Positions 46,891 through 59,799 of a stretch of 64,000 bases of DNA are shown piece after piece. The stretch is from Cetorhinus maximus (lineage: Eukaryota). Position numbers and translations under genes: made by a program. Location: positions 89,714,001 through 89,778,000 of the forward strand of contig NC_135896.1 in the NCBI RefSeq assembly GCF_964194155.1, written 5' to 3'. How positions within the stretch are numbered: position 1 is the stretch's first letter; the number at the start of each line of letters is the position of its first letter. The notes beneath the pieces were generated by a model. That model made no database searches. It was given only the letters and a program-made list of their open reading frames with translations, and was not told where the DNA came from.

Positions 46891-49313
46891 TCCCAAAGTT
46901 CATGGTTGGCACTTAGGCAGCAGATAGACAAGCAGACTCTACTGAAGCTTTGATCTTCCATCTGGGTGGAATCACCATTTCTATTGGATTATAGAGTGTG
47001 TCCATGCTGTGGTCAAGACAATGGTGGCAATGGACTCACATTTTACAGCAAGCTGTGCCATTTACCACTTGTCATGTGAGTAGTTCCTGGTCTGTGCTGT
47101 CTGCCAACTGAGGGCTCACCTTCAGTTGTTAGTTGTTTAATGACAGAGTGGTGAGCACTGACCTGGGACAATAGGAATATAACCACAAAACCAAAGACCC
47201 TTACACAATGGAGGAGGCTATTCATGTCTGTGTCAACACTTTGAAAGAGCTATTTAATTAGTCCCACAGCTTTGCTCTTTCTCCGTGGGCCTGCAAGGTT
47301 TCCTTCTTAAGTATGTGTCCAATTTCCTTTTGAAAGTTATTTATTAGGGGCTCTTTTGGCTCCATGCTAGTTTAATTCATCAGGTAGCCATGCCAGCCAG
47401 GCCTGTTTTAGCCTGGGCACTATTGATAATTGACCTACCTCATTGACGGAACACGGAGGATAACCTTATCACTGTTACTAAGACTCCTTTGCTCTATCAG
47501 ACCCACTGGACAGTGGGAAACAATCCTGTGCATGTGTCCTGATAAACTGCACACCTTTAACTAGTTAAACTTGGGCAATATCGATGTGCATACTTACAAA
47601 TCCAAAAGCACTGAGACAACAAGAAAGTTGCTGCTGGGGAAATCTTGACCAGCTTGGGTTGGATTTGGAAACTCTTAAACATGCTGGTGGATTTTTGCAC
47701 AGGAGGTGTGATCAAAAAATCAGCCCCAGCTACCATTGCACCCCCTACTGAGTCAACAGCAATAAAGGTTTCTGAATCTACCAGGAGTTGTAACGTTATG
47801 GATACATTTTAGGGTAATAACTGTAATTACAACATTAATTGATACCGATACATCGGTTATTGCGTAGTTGAGTGTAGTTCCACCAATAACCATATGTTAC
47901 AGATGAATAACTTAACATAGTAATTACAAAGTAAATGAAGCATCGATTAAAGCATTAACATCACAATAATACTTTTGCAGTTACACGCTCATTCACTGGT
48001 GTTTGATGGGTAACAGTGCCATTCTTCACAATTTTCATTCACTAACCAGCAATTCTCTGATGGTGCACCTCATGACAGGATAGAGGATAAATATGCTCTT
48101 TCATAAAGACACCGTGCATATGCCTTATGACATCCACTGTATTATTCTGCTGGTGTGTGTAAATTAGCAGGTCCCCTTAAGGCCAGAAAAACGGTTGGTG
48201 CCATCCTGGGCGAAAGAGAGGTCAGCTTGTTTTCTTATTAAAACGTTTTCTTTTTAAATTGTGGCTCCTTAAGGTAAGAGATCGACCTGCATGATTGACA
48301 GTGCACCATCTTACCTGTGTTGGCCACGAACATACGTTGTGAGCTGCGTTTCTCAGCCGAGCCTCAGGTCAAACAGAATTTAATTGTTTGGTGAGGGAAC
48401 TGTCAAAGGTGAGGTCAGATTGTGATTGCAAGTCAGATTCCAGACCACAATATCTGGCTTTTTCCCTCTTGTTTTTTTTTTAAGCGTGATTATCGAACGT
48501 ACTTTTTAAGTGACACACTACGAGAAAACCGTCTCCTGTCTCAGTAAGGTACTTTTTGTTGCTGATAAGTTCTTAATGTTCCGAATGACTACTTTCTCTT
48601 ATTTGCCTGGGAGAAATCTGCATGCAAGCTAATTAACTGCCTCAAATTAAATATGACATTTGACAAGCAGTTCAAATCCTCTCACATTATGGCTTGTGGA
48701 CTGCCATCTACAATCACGGGTTACTCCTGCCAGACACGGCAGTCAAGAGATTTTACCTTACTTTTGCAGAAAGGCTAAGATAGAGTGAACCATTTTTCCG
48801 TTACCTCAGGGAGGAGAGGGTGAGGCAGCTAGAGCTGAGTGCGCCTCCGAGGGTTGATATCTGGTCAATATTGCATAGGGCATGCCACAAGGTTCTTTGT
48901 CACTTACGACAGCGCAATTAAGTTCTGATAACGTCATGAATTATGCACCTCGCGTAAGCCAGAAAGTTATGTGTATCAGCTTGGTTCTGTTGGCAGTAAC
49001 TCTCATCTTGAAGTCAGATGGTAGCCTCAAGTGCTGCGGAGTATGGCTGACGTTGAATCATGTAAGAGATTCTTTCTGTTTTCCCTCCTTAGTATGCAGG
49101 TTTTCCAGAAGAACTTGGCCAGGTTTTTACACCCTCCCCCAAACCCAGTGTGAACTGTTAGACCGGGGGTTGGGAGGTGTGTGTAAAATTGCATGGGATG
49201 GTGGGGGGGACGTGCTGTGCCCATCATCTACCAGCCTCCACTGGTATTTTTCCAGCAGTGGGATAGGTGGCAGGCAACCCACCCTCCCTTGAGCCAACCA
49301 AGGCACTCAAGTT

Positions 49314-49445
49314 AAAAGCAAAATTCTGCGGATGTTGGAAATCTGAAATAAAAACAGAAAATGCTGGAAAAGCTCAACAGGTCTCACAGCATCTGTGGGG
49401 AGAGAAACAGAGCTGATGTTTAGAGTTCGTATGACTCTTCTTCAA
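49314..49445 (-). mobile_element. PLE family A terminus
   Basis: Matches 57383-57517. Confidence 0.75.
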
Positions 49446-49579
49446 GGCCCAGAAGTGTTCAATTAATGGCCACCTAAGGGTCCTTTCCTGTGGGGTCAAG
49501 GGAGCATAGGGAGGGGTGGGGGGTGCCTTCTGACTGGGTGCACTGATGTGAATAGAATTTTGCTGGGAAATGAGTTCAA

Positions 49580-50363
49580 GGCCTGAGTTTTACCCTTGGC
49601 GGGTGCGTGCTTCAGCGATTTCACACTGGCTGACCAATTAAGGCCCAGTCAGCATGAAACGTGTCTTCCTAATGGTCAGGAAGGGGCGGGTGGGGGCCTG
49701 TCAGCCCCTTTCATCTTGGACTGCCTGCTGGTCCTGCCCCCCTTGTGCCTGTGCCTCTCCTCCGACAGGAGTCTCCCCTGGAAACTGCATTGGGACACCT
49801 GGCCTCCTCTCCTTTCTGCCCCTCTCTTCATCCTCAGAGGAGATGCCTTCAGCGGAGACCACAATCCCCATTACCAGGGTACGGAGGCTGTCTGATACCT
49901 GGAAGGGTCCATAACGGTCAAAATCCTCCGGGGGCCTTGGAGACACCAATAAGCCCTGGAATGGGGCCTAGTTATGCTAAGACTGAACAGAGGTGAAGCT
50001 GTCAGGTTCAAATAAGCAACCAGCAGCAAACTATCTCCAAAACTCCTCACTACTTACACTGGCAATGCTGCTGACCCTTTTTATCCCGCGCTTGGATGAA
50101 GTTTCGCAAAATGTGGGCTGCCCGCCTGCCCATTTTGCCCGTGCGACGAGTGCAAAAGTGCACGGGCAATGTAAAATCGGGTTCAATTGGGTTTTTAGTG
50201 GCCTTTTAATTGATGGCAGGCGTGGCTCTGACCCCTGTGCATGCCAGTCAACCTGAGGATTGCATGCGTGCGGGAAGACATCGGGACGCTTATCCGACGT
50301 CTTCTCACGCTATTTTATGCCCAATCGGATGCCTGCCTGCCCGTGAGGCATAAAATTCTGCCC
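49580..50363. mobile_element. Harbinger-like deletion derivative with an internal coding-like segment
   Basis: Ends GGCCTGAGTTTTA / TAAAATTCTGCCC; exact TSD CAA/CAA; minus ORF MGIVVSAEGISSEDEERGRKERRPG..QAVQDERG. Confidence 0.7.
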
Positions 50364-50379
50364 CAAGAGATAGTGAGAC

Positions 50380-50957
50380 AAGGCAGCGGGCAGCCAACGG
50401 GAAACGCGCACTGAGAACCTCAGCGCTGCCAGGGTGGGGGCGGGAGGAGCGCGAGCGCTGAAGTCAGCGCATGCGCGGAGGGTGCGCTCAGCGAAAGCTC
50501 CCTGAAGGCACAGAGCTGCCTCAGGGAGATAAAGAATTTTAAAATGAAAAATTAAGATTTTACATACGATATAAACAAGTGACTCAGTCTCATGAAGAGG
50601 GGCATGTTAAAAATTGTAAAAAAAAAATTCTATTGTCTATTTATTTATCATTGGAAACCTGATCCGGCCCATGGATGAGGTTTCGCAAAAAATGCAAAGG
50701 CCGCCTGGCCTATTTGCCCACCCACCAAACGAACGGTTGAGTGGGCAAATGAAAAGTACAAATTAATTACTCCTTTAAGGGCCTTAATAGGCCTCGTAAC
50801 CATTGGCGGGCGCACTGTCGACTCTCACACGTGCCCGACGACCGAAAGATCACGAGAGTGCGCAATGATGTCGGGATGCTTGCCTGATGTCACCGCGCAC
50901 TAGTTTACTCCCGATCGGGTCGGGCGTGCACCCGCCCGCTGGATGAAAAATTCTGCC
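50380..50957. mobile_element. Multi-hairpin MITE, left end truncated
   Basis: Hairpin series and right TIR AAAATTCTGCC. Confidence 0.75.
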
Positions 50958-52099
50958 GTCTGTTTTGACTACTACCCCAAAAAACAGCGTTCAAAACGCC
51001 TCCAGTACGTTCCTGGCTCGACGTCGCAGAGGAGAAGGAATCGATTCGCAAATGGATCTGCTTCCCGTCCCTCTCCACCTCTCTCAGTGAGAATGACTCG
51101 GCATCCGATGTTAGGCCCAAATAACACACCCGGCTATTGAAAGAATAGGAAAATGAGGCCAGACGTGTGGGAACCACCCTTACCTCCCAGTTTAAAATGA
51201 CTGCTGCGACCTGCTCCTGTTGCAAGTGCAAGCTGTGTGCTGAGACCTTCCCCGGAAACCCCTGTTAATGTTGAGGGAGGGTGACCAAGTGCCCCAGGTC
51301 TCCATCGGCTTCCTGTGTTTAGCATCCACGGAATCAGCATGCCTCACAAAAAAAACTCTCTCTTTCCCCGCTGTTTAATAAATTAGTACATGCTGTAATA
51401 TTCCAAACGTCTAAATCCTGCCGAATATCTTTACACAATGGAAAATTAAATAAACAAAGCTAAAAGAAATAATTTAGAGTAAGATCAGCCAAAAATAGTT
51501 AATTCAACATGAATTAACTGTCAGTAGTGTTATCTGCATGAATGAGCAAACTTGTGTCTTGGCCTATGTATTTCCCTCAAGGCACATGTCAAGAAAATCT
51601 ATATTAGCTATAGCTTTTACCACTGCTACTTGTTGTGGACATATCATGTCAGAGGCTGACAGTAATAGATTTAGATCTAATTATGAATTATATTATGGAC
51701 CATTTAGAATTGCTACATTATTCAAACAGATACTGATATGTTGATTAACTCTCTTACCTTTGCCCCAAAAAATGTACTGTATAAATGGCTAGAGGTAGAT
51801 GAATGCAGCATATATATGGAATTCAAACTCCCCTCTTAACTCCCCTCCCCTTTTATATAGGATACAACTTTCCCTCCTCTTTCTACTGTCCTGAATCATA
51901 GATGAACCCTTAAACAGTCGGTCTTTATCTTCCCCACAATCTTTTCCCGTTCTTCCCTCAGACTTACTTAGCCTTAGAGGGCTTCTGCTCTTAGAGACAC
52001 GAGACAGACAAAGCACATGCTTTTCCATAGCTGGTGTTTCCCAAAACAGGTTGCAAGGCTGAAGCAGGAGGCAACAGCTTCTAGGCACTACTCTGCATC

Positions 52100-52286
52100 A
52101 ATTGTCACTGAGTGAGTGACTCTCCCACCCTTACCACCCGCCACAGGCAGGTTAAAGGATTCACAGGTTGGCAATCAACACATTACCAACCTGCCTTCCA
52201 TAGTCTTCAAATCCTGGAGTGGGACTTAAAGCCTGAGCTTCTGGCTCAGGAGTAGCAATGCTACCCACTGCACCACAAGACCTCCC
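52100..52286 (-). mobile_element. tRNA-headed SINE 5' part
   Basis: Reverse complement of the 52526 head. Confidence 0.7.
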
Positions 52287-52525
52287 TTGCCTGAGGGTGG
52301 TGAATCTTATCATAACATGCTTCCACAACCAGAAACCGCTCCCCAGGGCCTTGCCCTAATCATCATTCTTCAGCAGGTTAATCAGTCACAAGAGCCAAGT
52401 CAAATCCAAGAGTAATTTCCAACAGGGTCATGAAAGGTCAGTCAACAGCAGAACCCCGTGGCATTTTCTGTCTTTTCCTAGCCCAGGGACACTCAAATCA
52501 ATTGCACCATATATATTGCCACATG

Positions 52526-52836
52526 GAGGCCTTGTGGTGCAGTGGGAGCGTCCCTACCTCTGAGCCAGAAGCTTTGCGTTCAAATCCCATTCCAGGACTT
52601 GGTGGTCATGGAAGGTGCTTTTGTAACATGGCCATATAGGTTGATTTTTTAAAAATTCAGCCTGTAAATCCTTCCACTAAGCCTGATATTAGGCAGCAAG
52701 AGTGGAAGAGTTTCTGCCATACTGCAGAAAGCAACAGCAAACCACTGAGGTATTTTGCCAAGCATAACCATGGACCAGCCCAATGGAAGTCCATAGTTGC
52801 CAACACCCACTTGTTATGGAACCAGGACGAGGAGGA
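52526..52836 (+). mobile_element. tRNA-headed SINE with RTE-like tail
   Basis: A box TGGTGCAGTGG, B box GTTCAAATC; tail GCAAACCACTGAGGTATTTTGCC..CATGGAC. Confidence 0.75.
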
Positions 52837-53890
52837 TATTGAAACATGTGTATGTTTTATAGGGTCATGTTAATAAAGAAACTATACACTGAAAGTTTCT
52901 TTCAAGCTTTCTCTGCACTCACTGCAAAATAACTCGTCCTCTCAGCTTACTTACACAGGTAAAGCAAGTGGATTACTGATCTGCATCCAGCCACAAGCTG
53001 CCATGATACTAGATCACTCTTCAAGGAGCATCACCAATATATTGCACATTGTCTTGACAAACGCAGGGTATTGTTATCCTGTGCCAAGTAGGCAAAGATT
53101 TATGGGTTATACATTTTTTTTTACATTAGAAAGGCCAGCTATTTGGCATTTTAAAATTGGTGTCTGATACCTTTGTTAATGTAAAGTGGATAGCCCTCAC
53201 ATGCTAGACACCGACGATCATTCCCAAAGATGACCCTTCACCCTGCAACGAACCACACGTGTCTCCTCTCAGCAAAATGTCGGGTATCATAGAATCGTCC
53301 AGGGTTTGACCTGCACAACCACCTCACCGTGAGTGGCTCACAGGAATTGAGATGAAGCCTCTCGTGAGATCCTATTTTTTGGATTAATGAAAGACTAACC
53401 ATTCTGTTAGACCAGGTGGTTTAGGCTATCGTCTTTGAATTATATGAATCAGGCTTTTTTTAAAGTGATTTCTGGAGTTACCACACAGTGTAACGCTGAT
53501 GCATCCTGTTAAATAAGGAATCAGGTGTAACAGCAAGCCTGCCTCCACTCCATCCTGCAGGCATAATGTAATGCTGCTATAGAGGGAAGGTGCTGTAGAA
53601 TGGCACACAGAAACACAGAGAAACACTCCCTTTAACTGACCTCATTCCTTTAAATTTCACATATGCTCAATTTTCCTCTCCCACCACCCGTTTGCTCTGT
53701 ACATTTACCCAAGCTTACTTCCGAAGCTTTGCTAATGAGTTGACCAAGGAAAACTTAGTTAAAATCCCTCCTCCACAGCAACCTGTCTGAGCTCTGTAGT
53801 CATTCTGGCAGGAAACACGAGGCAGATATCATGCAAGACTGTCCTGATTCATCTACATTTTCAACAGAGAGGAACTGTCTCTGTGACCAT

Positions 53891-53937
53891 TCTTCTAGTC
53901 ATTAAATGGATTAGCGGTACCCTGAAGAGCAACAGGG
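53891..53937 (+). repeat. 47-bp direct repeat, copy 1
   Basis: 46/47 identical to 54318-54364. Confidence 0.95.
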
Positions 53938-54317
53938 TAAACAAACATAACCAGCTGCATATAATGTCACCTTTATTCCTAGCTAAAATGAAGATGCTTG
54001 GGTAAATGCCCTGTCAATCACATCTGGAGGTCACCCGACTATAACTAACTGGGATTAATTTATGCACATAATTCATATAATGTAACCATTCTCCATTCAC
54101 TGCATTTTGCTGGAGAGATCACCCTACCTATATTAAGGGATGTTGCTGCAGTTTTGATCATGAATTCCATTTGCTGGAGTTCATGGAGGCTCTTCTTAAA
54201 TAGACTCTGTTTGCTGAGCAAATAGACCTTATTTGCTCTAAAATAAACGTTGCTGTGAGTCATGCCCCACTTCCAACTCATTGGCTGACACAGTCACGTT
54301 AATGGACACTGAGTTTC

Positions 54318-54364
54318 TCTTCTAGTCATTAAATGGATTAGCAGTACCCTGAAGAGCAACAGGG
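54318..54364 (+). repeat. 47-bp direct repeat, copy 2
   Basis: See copy 1. Confidence 0.95.
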
Positions 54365-55376
54365 ATTACACTTGTAAATGTCAGCGACTGTCTATCAGAG
54401 ATTATTGCTGACAAGCTTTTAGGGGGGTTTTGCAGAGTTGAGAAAGCAGACTAATTCAAAACAGCAAGAACTGTCCACTTCCATGCCCACCAGTCTTTGA
54501 TTCTCTGTCCATTCATCTTAATGGAAGGGACATTATGGGTTGTCGAGCACAAAAACAGAAAACCCTCACCACCTTTAGCGGCTGACCAATTGAAGACTAC
54601 ACTGGACAGGGAGGTGTAAAACCTTGGGATGACACTTGTGTCATGACTGACCTCTTTCGACATTGCCACAGTGATTTAGTTTAGTTCAGATATCAAGCTT
54701 TGCATAGTTTCTCGCTTTTTGAGCCTCGCTTTCCAATGATCACTAATGAGGGTGATGACACACACGTGTTAAAAATAACACCAATCAGAACATCCAAAGT
54801 TCTGTATTTCATGCAGTAGGAAGGAATATTACCTCAGCTACACGCAAGTATCATATTAGCAAAACCGTTTCCTTCAAAGTCTTGCTGATATATCAGACTA
54901 CATACTCTTAGGGATCATCTCTAAAGTTTTTTTTCTAGAGAAACATGTTTCTGGAGTGTTTGGTCTCACTACATACAGAATGCGTTTAAAGGAAGATATT
55001 TAAGTCCCTTGTAGATTGATCTATCCTTATTGACTTCAAACCAGCTGATTTTAATTCTGGTGCAATTCCAGGAGGGAAGGAGGGCTGGAAAGGAAGCCCT
55101 TTCGAGCGGGAAGGGCGGAGGTCCATGGACAGTGAGATCCAAACTTTTCTAAAGGGGCTCAGAGGCGCATTCCTGATCATGGTATCCTGATTTGCATTTA
55201 TTAATGATGTCTCACTGGAGTCCAGAGGGAGGCCCAGCTGTCAGCAAAACTAGCAGCTAAACTTGCAGAACAGTGTGGGAGAGGGATCCCATTCCATTTT
55301 AACCGCTCCCTACTCCATTCCCTTAAGTATTTGTAACATTAATACTTGCTATGTGTTTCTGATTCTATGTAATTAT

Positions 55377-56071
55377 GGGCAGAATTTCCCTCCCATCGGG
55401 GGGGAAGTTCAGGAGCGGGCGCGTGGAGGCATGCCTCCAATCGGTGCCCCTGATTGGGGGCACGCTGCCATTTTACGTGGGCGGGCCAATTAAGGCCCGC
55501 CCATCGTGACGTCCGCCAGGAAGCGCTATGCGCTCCCTGTGCGGGCTGGGGGGGGGGGAAATTCCCTGAGCCGAGAGTGTGCTCTTTCACGCTTGCGCAC
55601 GAGAGAGCGCACTCATCTCCCTGAGGCTAAGTGCTGCCTCAAGGAGATCGGCTCCAAATGTAAAAATGCTAAAAATAGAAAAATAAAATTTCTCTGACAT
55701 GTCACGAGTTGGGACATGTCCATCACTTTTAGTTAAACTTTTATTAAATTTTTAAAAACCTACATGAAACCTCATCCCGCCCGTGGATGAGGTCTCATGC
55801 TTTCTCTGAAGCCCGCCAGGGCTCCCAGCCTGCCCGCCAACCTTAAGGTTGGACAGCCAGGTCCATTAATGAGGTTAATGAGTTTGTCAATGGCCTCAAT
55901 AGGCAATTGACAGGTCGGTGAACACACAGCTGATTCAGCTGAGCCCCCGCCAACCTGAAAATTGAAATGACACGGGGTGAGGTCGGGAGTTCCGCCCGAT
56001 GTCATCCTGCGTCATTTTACGCGTCAGCGCGTGGGCCCCGCCCCCCGCTCGCCAACCGGGAAATCCTGCCC
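55377..56071. mobile_element. Full-length multi-hairpin MITE (695 bp)
   Basis: TIRs GGGCAGAATTT / AAATCCTGCCC; exact TSD TAT/TAT. Confidence 0.9.
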
Positions 56072-56689
56072 TATGTTACTTTTAATAAATTTCGCTATTA
56101 ATTTTAGCCTGAAGCTTCTCAAAATATACAGAAAAGTATAGTGGGAATCCTTACTGATTGGAGATGCACTGTAATGTATCCGAACAGTTAATCGTTTGTC
56201 TTGAGACTAACTAATATTCACAGATCTGAGTCTCACATGATAAGTTGAACACAAGTTAAAAGTACTGGGAGATAGCCAATCTGTAACATTTTGTTCAGAG
56301 AAGCTAAGCTTGCACGGTCTGGGGCTTGAATCTAGGGCCTGTCTTGTATTTCTGTATTTATCCACTGAAACATCTGGGCAGCTGTATTTTGTCTCTTCTC
56401 ACATACCCACTCCCTTTCCCTAAAGACTCGGTAATTATGGTACATATGTCCTCAAAGAAGTTGCATCAGCAAGAAAGTTGTGTTGAACAGTTTTATTTTG
56501 GTAATAAGTATCCTTGCCAGTAAACATGTTAAACGAAAATTGATTGGTAGCTGCTCAATTCCAATTAGTAGAATCAGAATCGCACCAAGCAGATTGCACA
56601 GAATGTCACCAGTTACAGCCCAGGACTTGCACTGCAATGTAGCTGGTTTTCTCCAAAGCATTGTTACATTGGCTAGAATACTTAATTAA

Positions 56690-57035
56690 AGGTGACAGGT
56701 CTAGCTGAATAAGTTTGCTTCCATTGGCTGGAGAGTCTAGAACTAAGGGTTACAGTCTCAGTACATTTAGGACTGAGATGAGAAAAAATTTCCTTCACTC
56801 AAAAGGTTGTGAATCTTTGGAATTCTCTACCCCAGAGGGCTGTGGATGCTCAGTTGTTCAATATGTTCAAGACTGAGATCAATATATTCTTAGGCACAAA
56901 GGAAAGTCAGGGATTTATGGGGATATGACAGGAAAGGGGAGTTGATACAGAAGTTCAACCAGGATCTTATTGAATGGTGGAACAGGCTTGAGAGGCTCTA
57001 TGGCCTACTCCTGCTCTTATTTCTAATGCTCTGAT
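56690..57035 (+). mobile_element. CR1 LINE 3' end
   Basis: Colinear with 17477-17846. Confidence 0.85.
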
Positions 57036-57382
57036 GTTGTAATGGAGGCTTGGCAAAGCCTTTGTTATTCAGGGCAAGAGAAGATTTCTTTGCGTCATTA
57101 AGGCATTAGCACAAGTGATGCAATGCTGCCTTTTGTCATGAGTGTATCATGAGTTTGTGACCAAAATAAGTGTCTGCCAAATATTTCTTTGCCTAGGCCC
57201 TGAAGCTCAAGCCCAGTTCTGATCACCTAGAGGTGGTTCAGGTAAGAGGCAGAAAATTAACCTAGCGACACAGGATGGTATTAATCAGGAAACTGCGAAT
57301 CCTGGGCTTTTTTAATGCAGGGAGGAGGTGACTGAACTGACTTCAGAGAAATCGCATAGATCCAAACACTCCCTTAATTAGA

Positions 57383-57570
57383 TAAAAGCAAATTACTGTG
57401 GATGCTGGAAATCTGAAACAAAAGTAAAAATAGCTGGAAAAACTCAGCAGGTCTGACAGCATCTGCGGAGAGGAACACAGTTAATGTTTCGAGTCCGTAT
57501 GACTCTTCATCAGAGCTGAGGAAATGTAGAAATGAGGTGAAATATAAGCTGGTTGAGGGACTGGGACAGC
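57383..57570 (-). mobile_element. PLE family A terminus
   Basis: Family terminal motif plus body start. Confidence 0.75.
57479..57517 (-). ncRNA. Minimal hammerhead motif (PLE family A, best copy)
   Basis: AGCT-CTGATGA-A-GAGTC-ATACG-GACTC-GAAA-CATT-AACT; perfect 5-bp helix II. Confidence 0.65.
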
Positions 57571-59179
57571 GTGACCAGAGGTCACAAGTTTAAACCAATG
57601 AAAAACTATTGTAGGACTGATGTCAGGAAGCTCTTCACCTAAGAAGTGATCAACGCGTGGAATGTGCTCTGGATATAGCAGTATAAGTGAAAACCTGAAA
57701 TAATTCAAAAAACACAGGTGAATGCCTTCCTGAGCAGATTCTTTCTGCAGAGGGAAATGAAAATGAACAAATGGCTTCTTTCAACCTTCTCTCTCTCACG
57801 ACGTCTCAGTTTGTGTAATTCAAAATATAAACTGACCTTGAACCCGAAGGTACCATTCTAACTTCCAATGTGATGGTCTGGATAGAACAACCAAAATGCC
57901 AGGAACTCCAGTATTGAATGCTTATCCAGTGCATGTCAGATATATGAGAGGATTCCCATACATTATGAGACTCCGGCGATTATGGAATGTAGAAGTGATT
58001 TCCAAAGGTTAACATTTAGTAGGTTGCAATACATCCACTTACCAAGTTAAAATGACAGCACCGCTAAGACGTGTTTGGAAAATGGCAGCAGAATTGAGTC
58101 AGAGGCAGAGGCAGAGGTTCTTCAGGGTGTGTTGCAAATCCTACACAGAGAAGATGCATTTGTTTTCTTCCCCCACCCTGTATGGTGCCTGGTGCAAGCA
58201 GAAGGCAACATGTCATTAACCACATGATGGGCAAAGAATACATACGTAGAAAGAAAGAAACCCTACACTGAGACAGAGAGAGAAAGAGAAGAGGAAGGGA
58301 CGAGGCTGCATTTTGCATTCGCAAAGCGAGCGTGCTACACCCCCTCCCCCTACTCCCCACCTCCCCATGCGCTGACAAAATATTTGGTGTATTGATGCCG
58401 TGTCAGTAAAGCTACGTCATCACACCAGTCTCCCAAATCATGGCAGGCGAGAGAGCACAGAGGTCGCAGCTCACCCGCCATTTTTGACATCACTAGTTTA
58501 CAAGCTATTGTTAACAACCTAGTCATCCTCAATTTCTCGTTGCCTACTGCATCTTTCAGATGTCGAAAGGTTTGGGAGCTGTACCGAGGTGGCACCATGG
58601 CTGAATGTACCGGCAGATTCTGCTGGGGAAGGTGGCAGGGTCTGTACGATTTTTTAATGACAAATTTTTACATTCTTTATCACGCCTTCAATAAAAATGA
58701 AGACTGATTCTGAGAGAAGGGGGTCTTTACAATTCTAGTTGTGACCGACTTCCTATTTTACCACCACATGACATCCTGGCCTGCAGGTCCGATTGGGTGC
58801 GGAGCTCCCTACCCCTTGCTCCTCGAGTTGGCTTCCTTCCCACCGGACAGCCACTAACTGGCCATCCGATGTTTGATTGGACGATGGGGGTGGGACCAAG
58901 CAGACCCCTCTGTTTCCATTCAGCCTCTCTCAGCCTGCCGAGAAATGTAAAATCCAGGCCAAGGAGTGGAGGTAAAAGGCCAATAAAGTATGCGGTAAAA
59001 CTGGGAGGCTTGGTAGGAGGGAGAAATGCAAAAACAAAGCAAAAGGACGGGGAAAAGTCCCAAAAGGTATGAGAGTTCCTCACTAGGCAGTGATGCAGAG
59101 AAGCTGAACTGTCACAAAATCTTGAACGGTTTAAAGGGAGAAATTAGTCCATTTACCTAGGTCTCCCTACCAATACTTT

Positions 59180-59799
59180 GGGCAGAATGTTACCAATTAG
59201 GCAGATGGCCCAACATGGGAAGGGAATGAGGGTTGCCGGTAAGCAGGGGTGGAGAGGGGCCTTCCACCTGGAATTCTACAGGTGGCAGCCCCCAGGTGCT
59301 ATCAGGCCGCTCAGAGGGCCAGCAGCTCAGGGCCAGCAGCGGCCTCAGCTGAGCCAGACCTGGAGACCTGCTGCGTTTAGCAGGAAAGGTAAAAAAAAAA
59401 GTCAACAATTGCACAGGGCTGATTGCTGGAGGGGGAAACCACTCCCGGGAATCTGTGGGGGCCGGGGGCGGGGTGGTGGGCCTACCCTTCTCCGCCTGCG
59501 CCCTTCTTTGCTTAAGGCAATCTCCTAGGCTCCATTTAGCTGGCAGCCTCCCCAAGTGGCGGGGGGGGTCAATCTGCCATCGGCAACATGCCTTCACAGA
59601 CTAAAACTGACTGCCCGCTTCTTTGAGGCAGGCAGCCTACCTGATGTCAATCGTGCTGCCGGTAAAATCTCCAGACAGCAAGACATGGTCGGGGGGGTGG
59701 GGGTGGGGGGGTGCCAATCTGCCACGGCTCCCCCACGGTTTTACTGCTCCCCCTTGCCTCCATTCCCGCCTCCTGTGGGAGGCCAGTAAAATCCTGCCC
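59180..59799. mobile_element. Older Harbinger-like MITE
   Basis: GGGCAGAATGTTAC / GTAAAATCCTGCCC; flanks TTT/TTC. Confidence 0.7.

Noticed and set aside
52526-52600. tRNA gene-like A/B boxes (also 30451, 45286, 46203)
   Set aside because: These are SINE heads that continue into SINE bodies; no cloverleaf is evident.
53195-53335. Possible exon ending in GTGAGT
   Set aside because: All three plus-strand frames contain stops.
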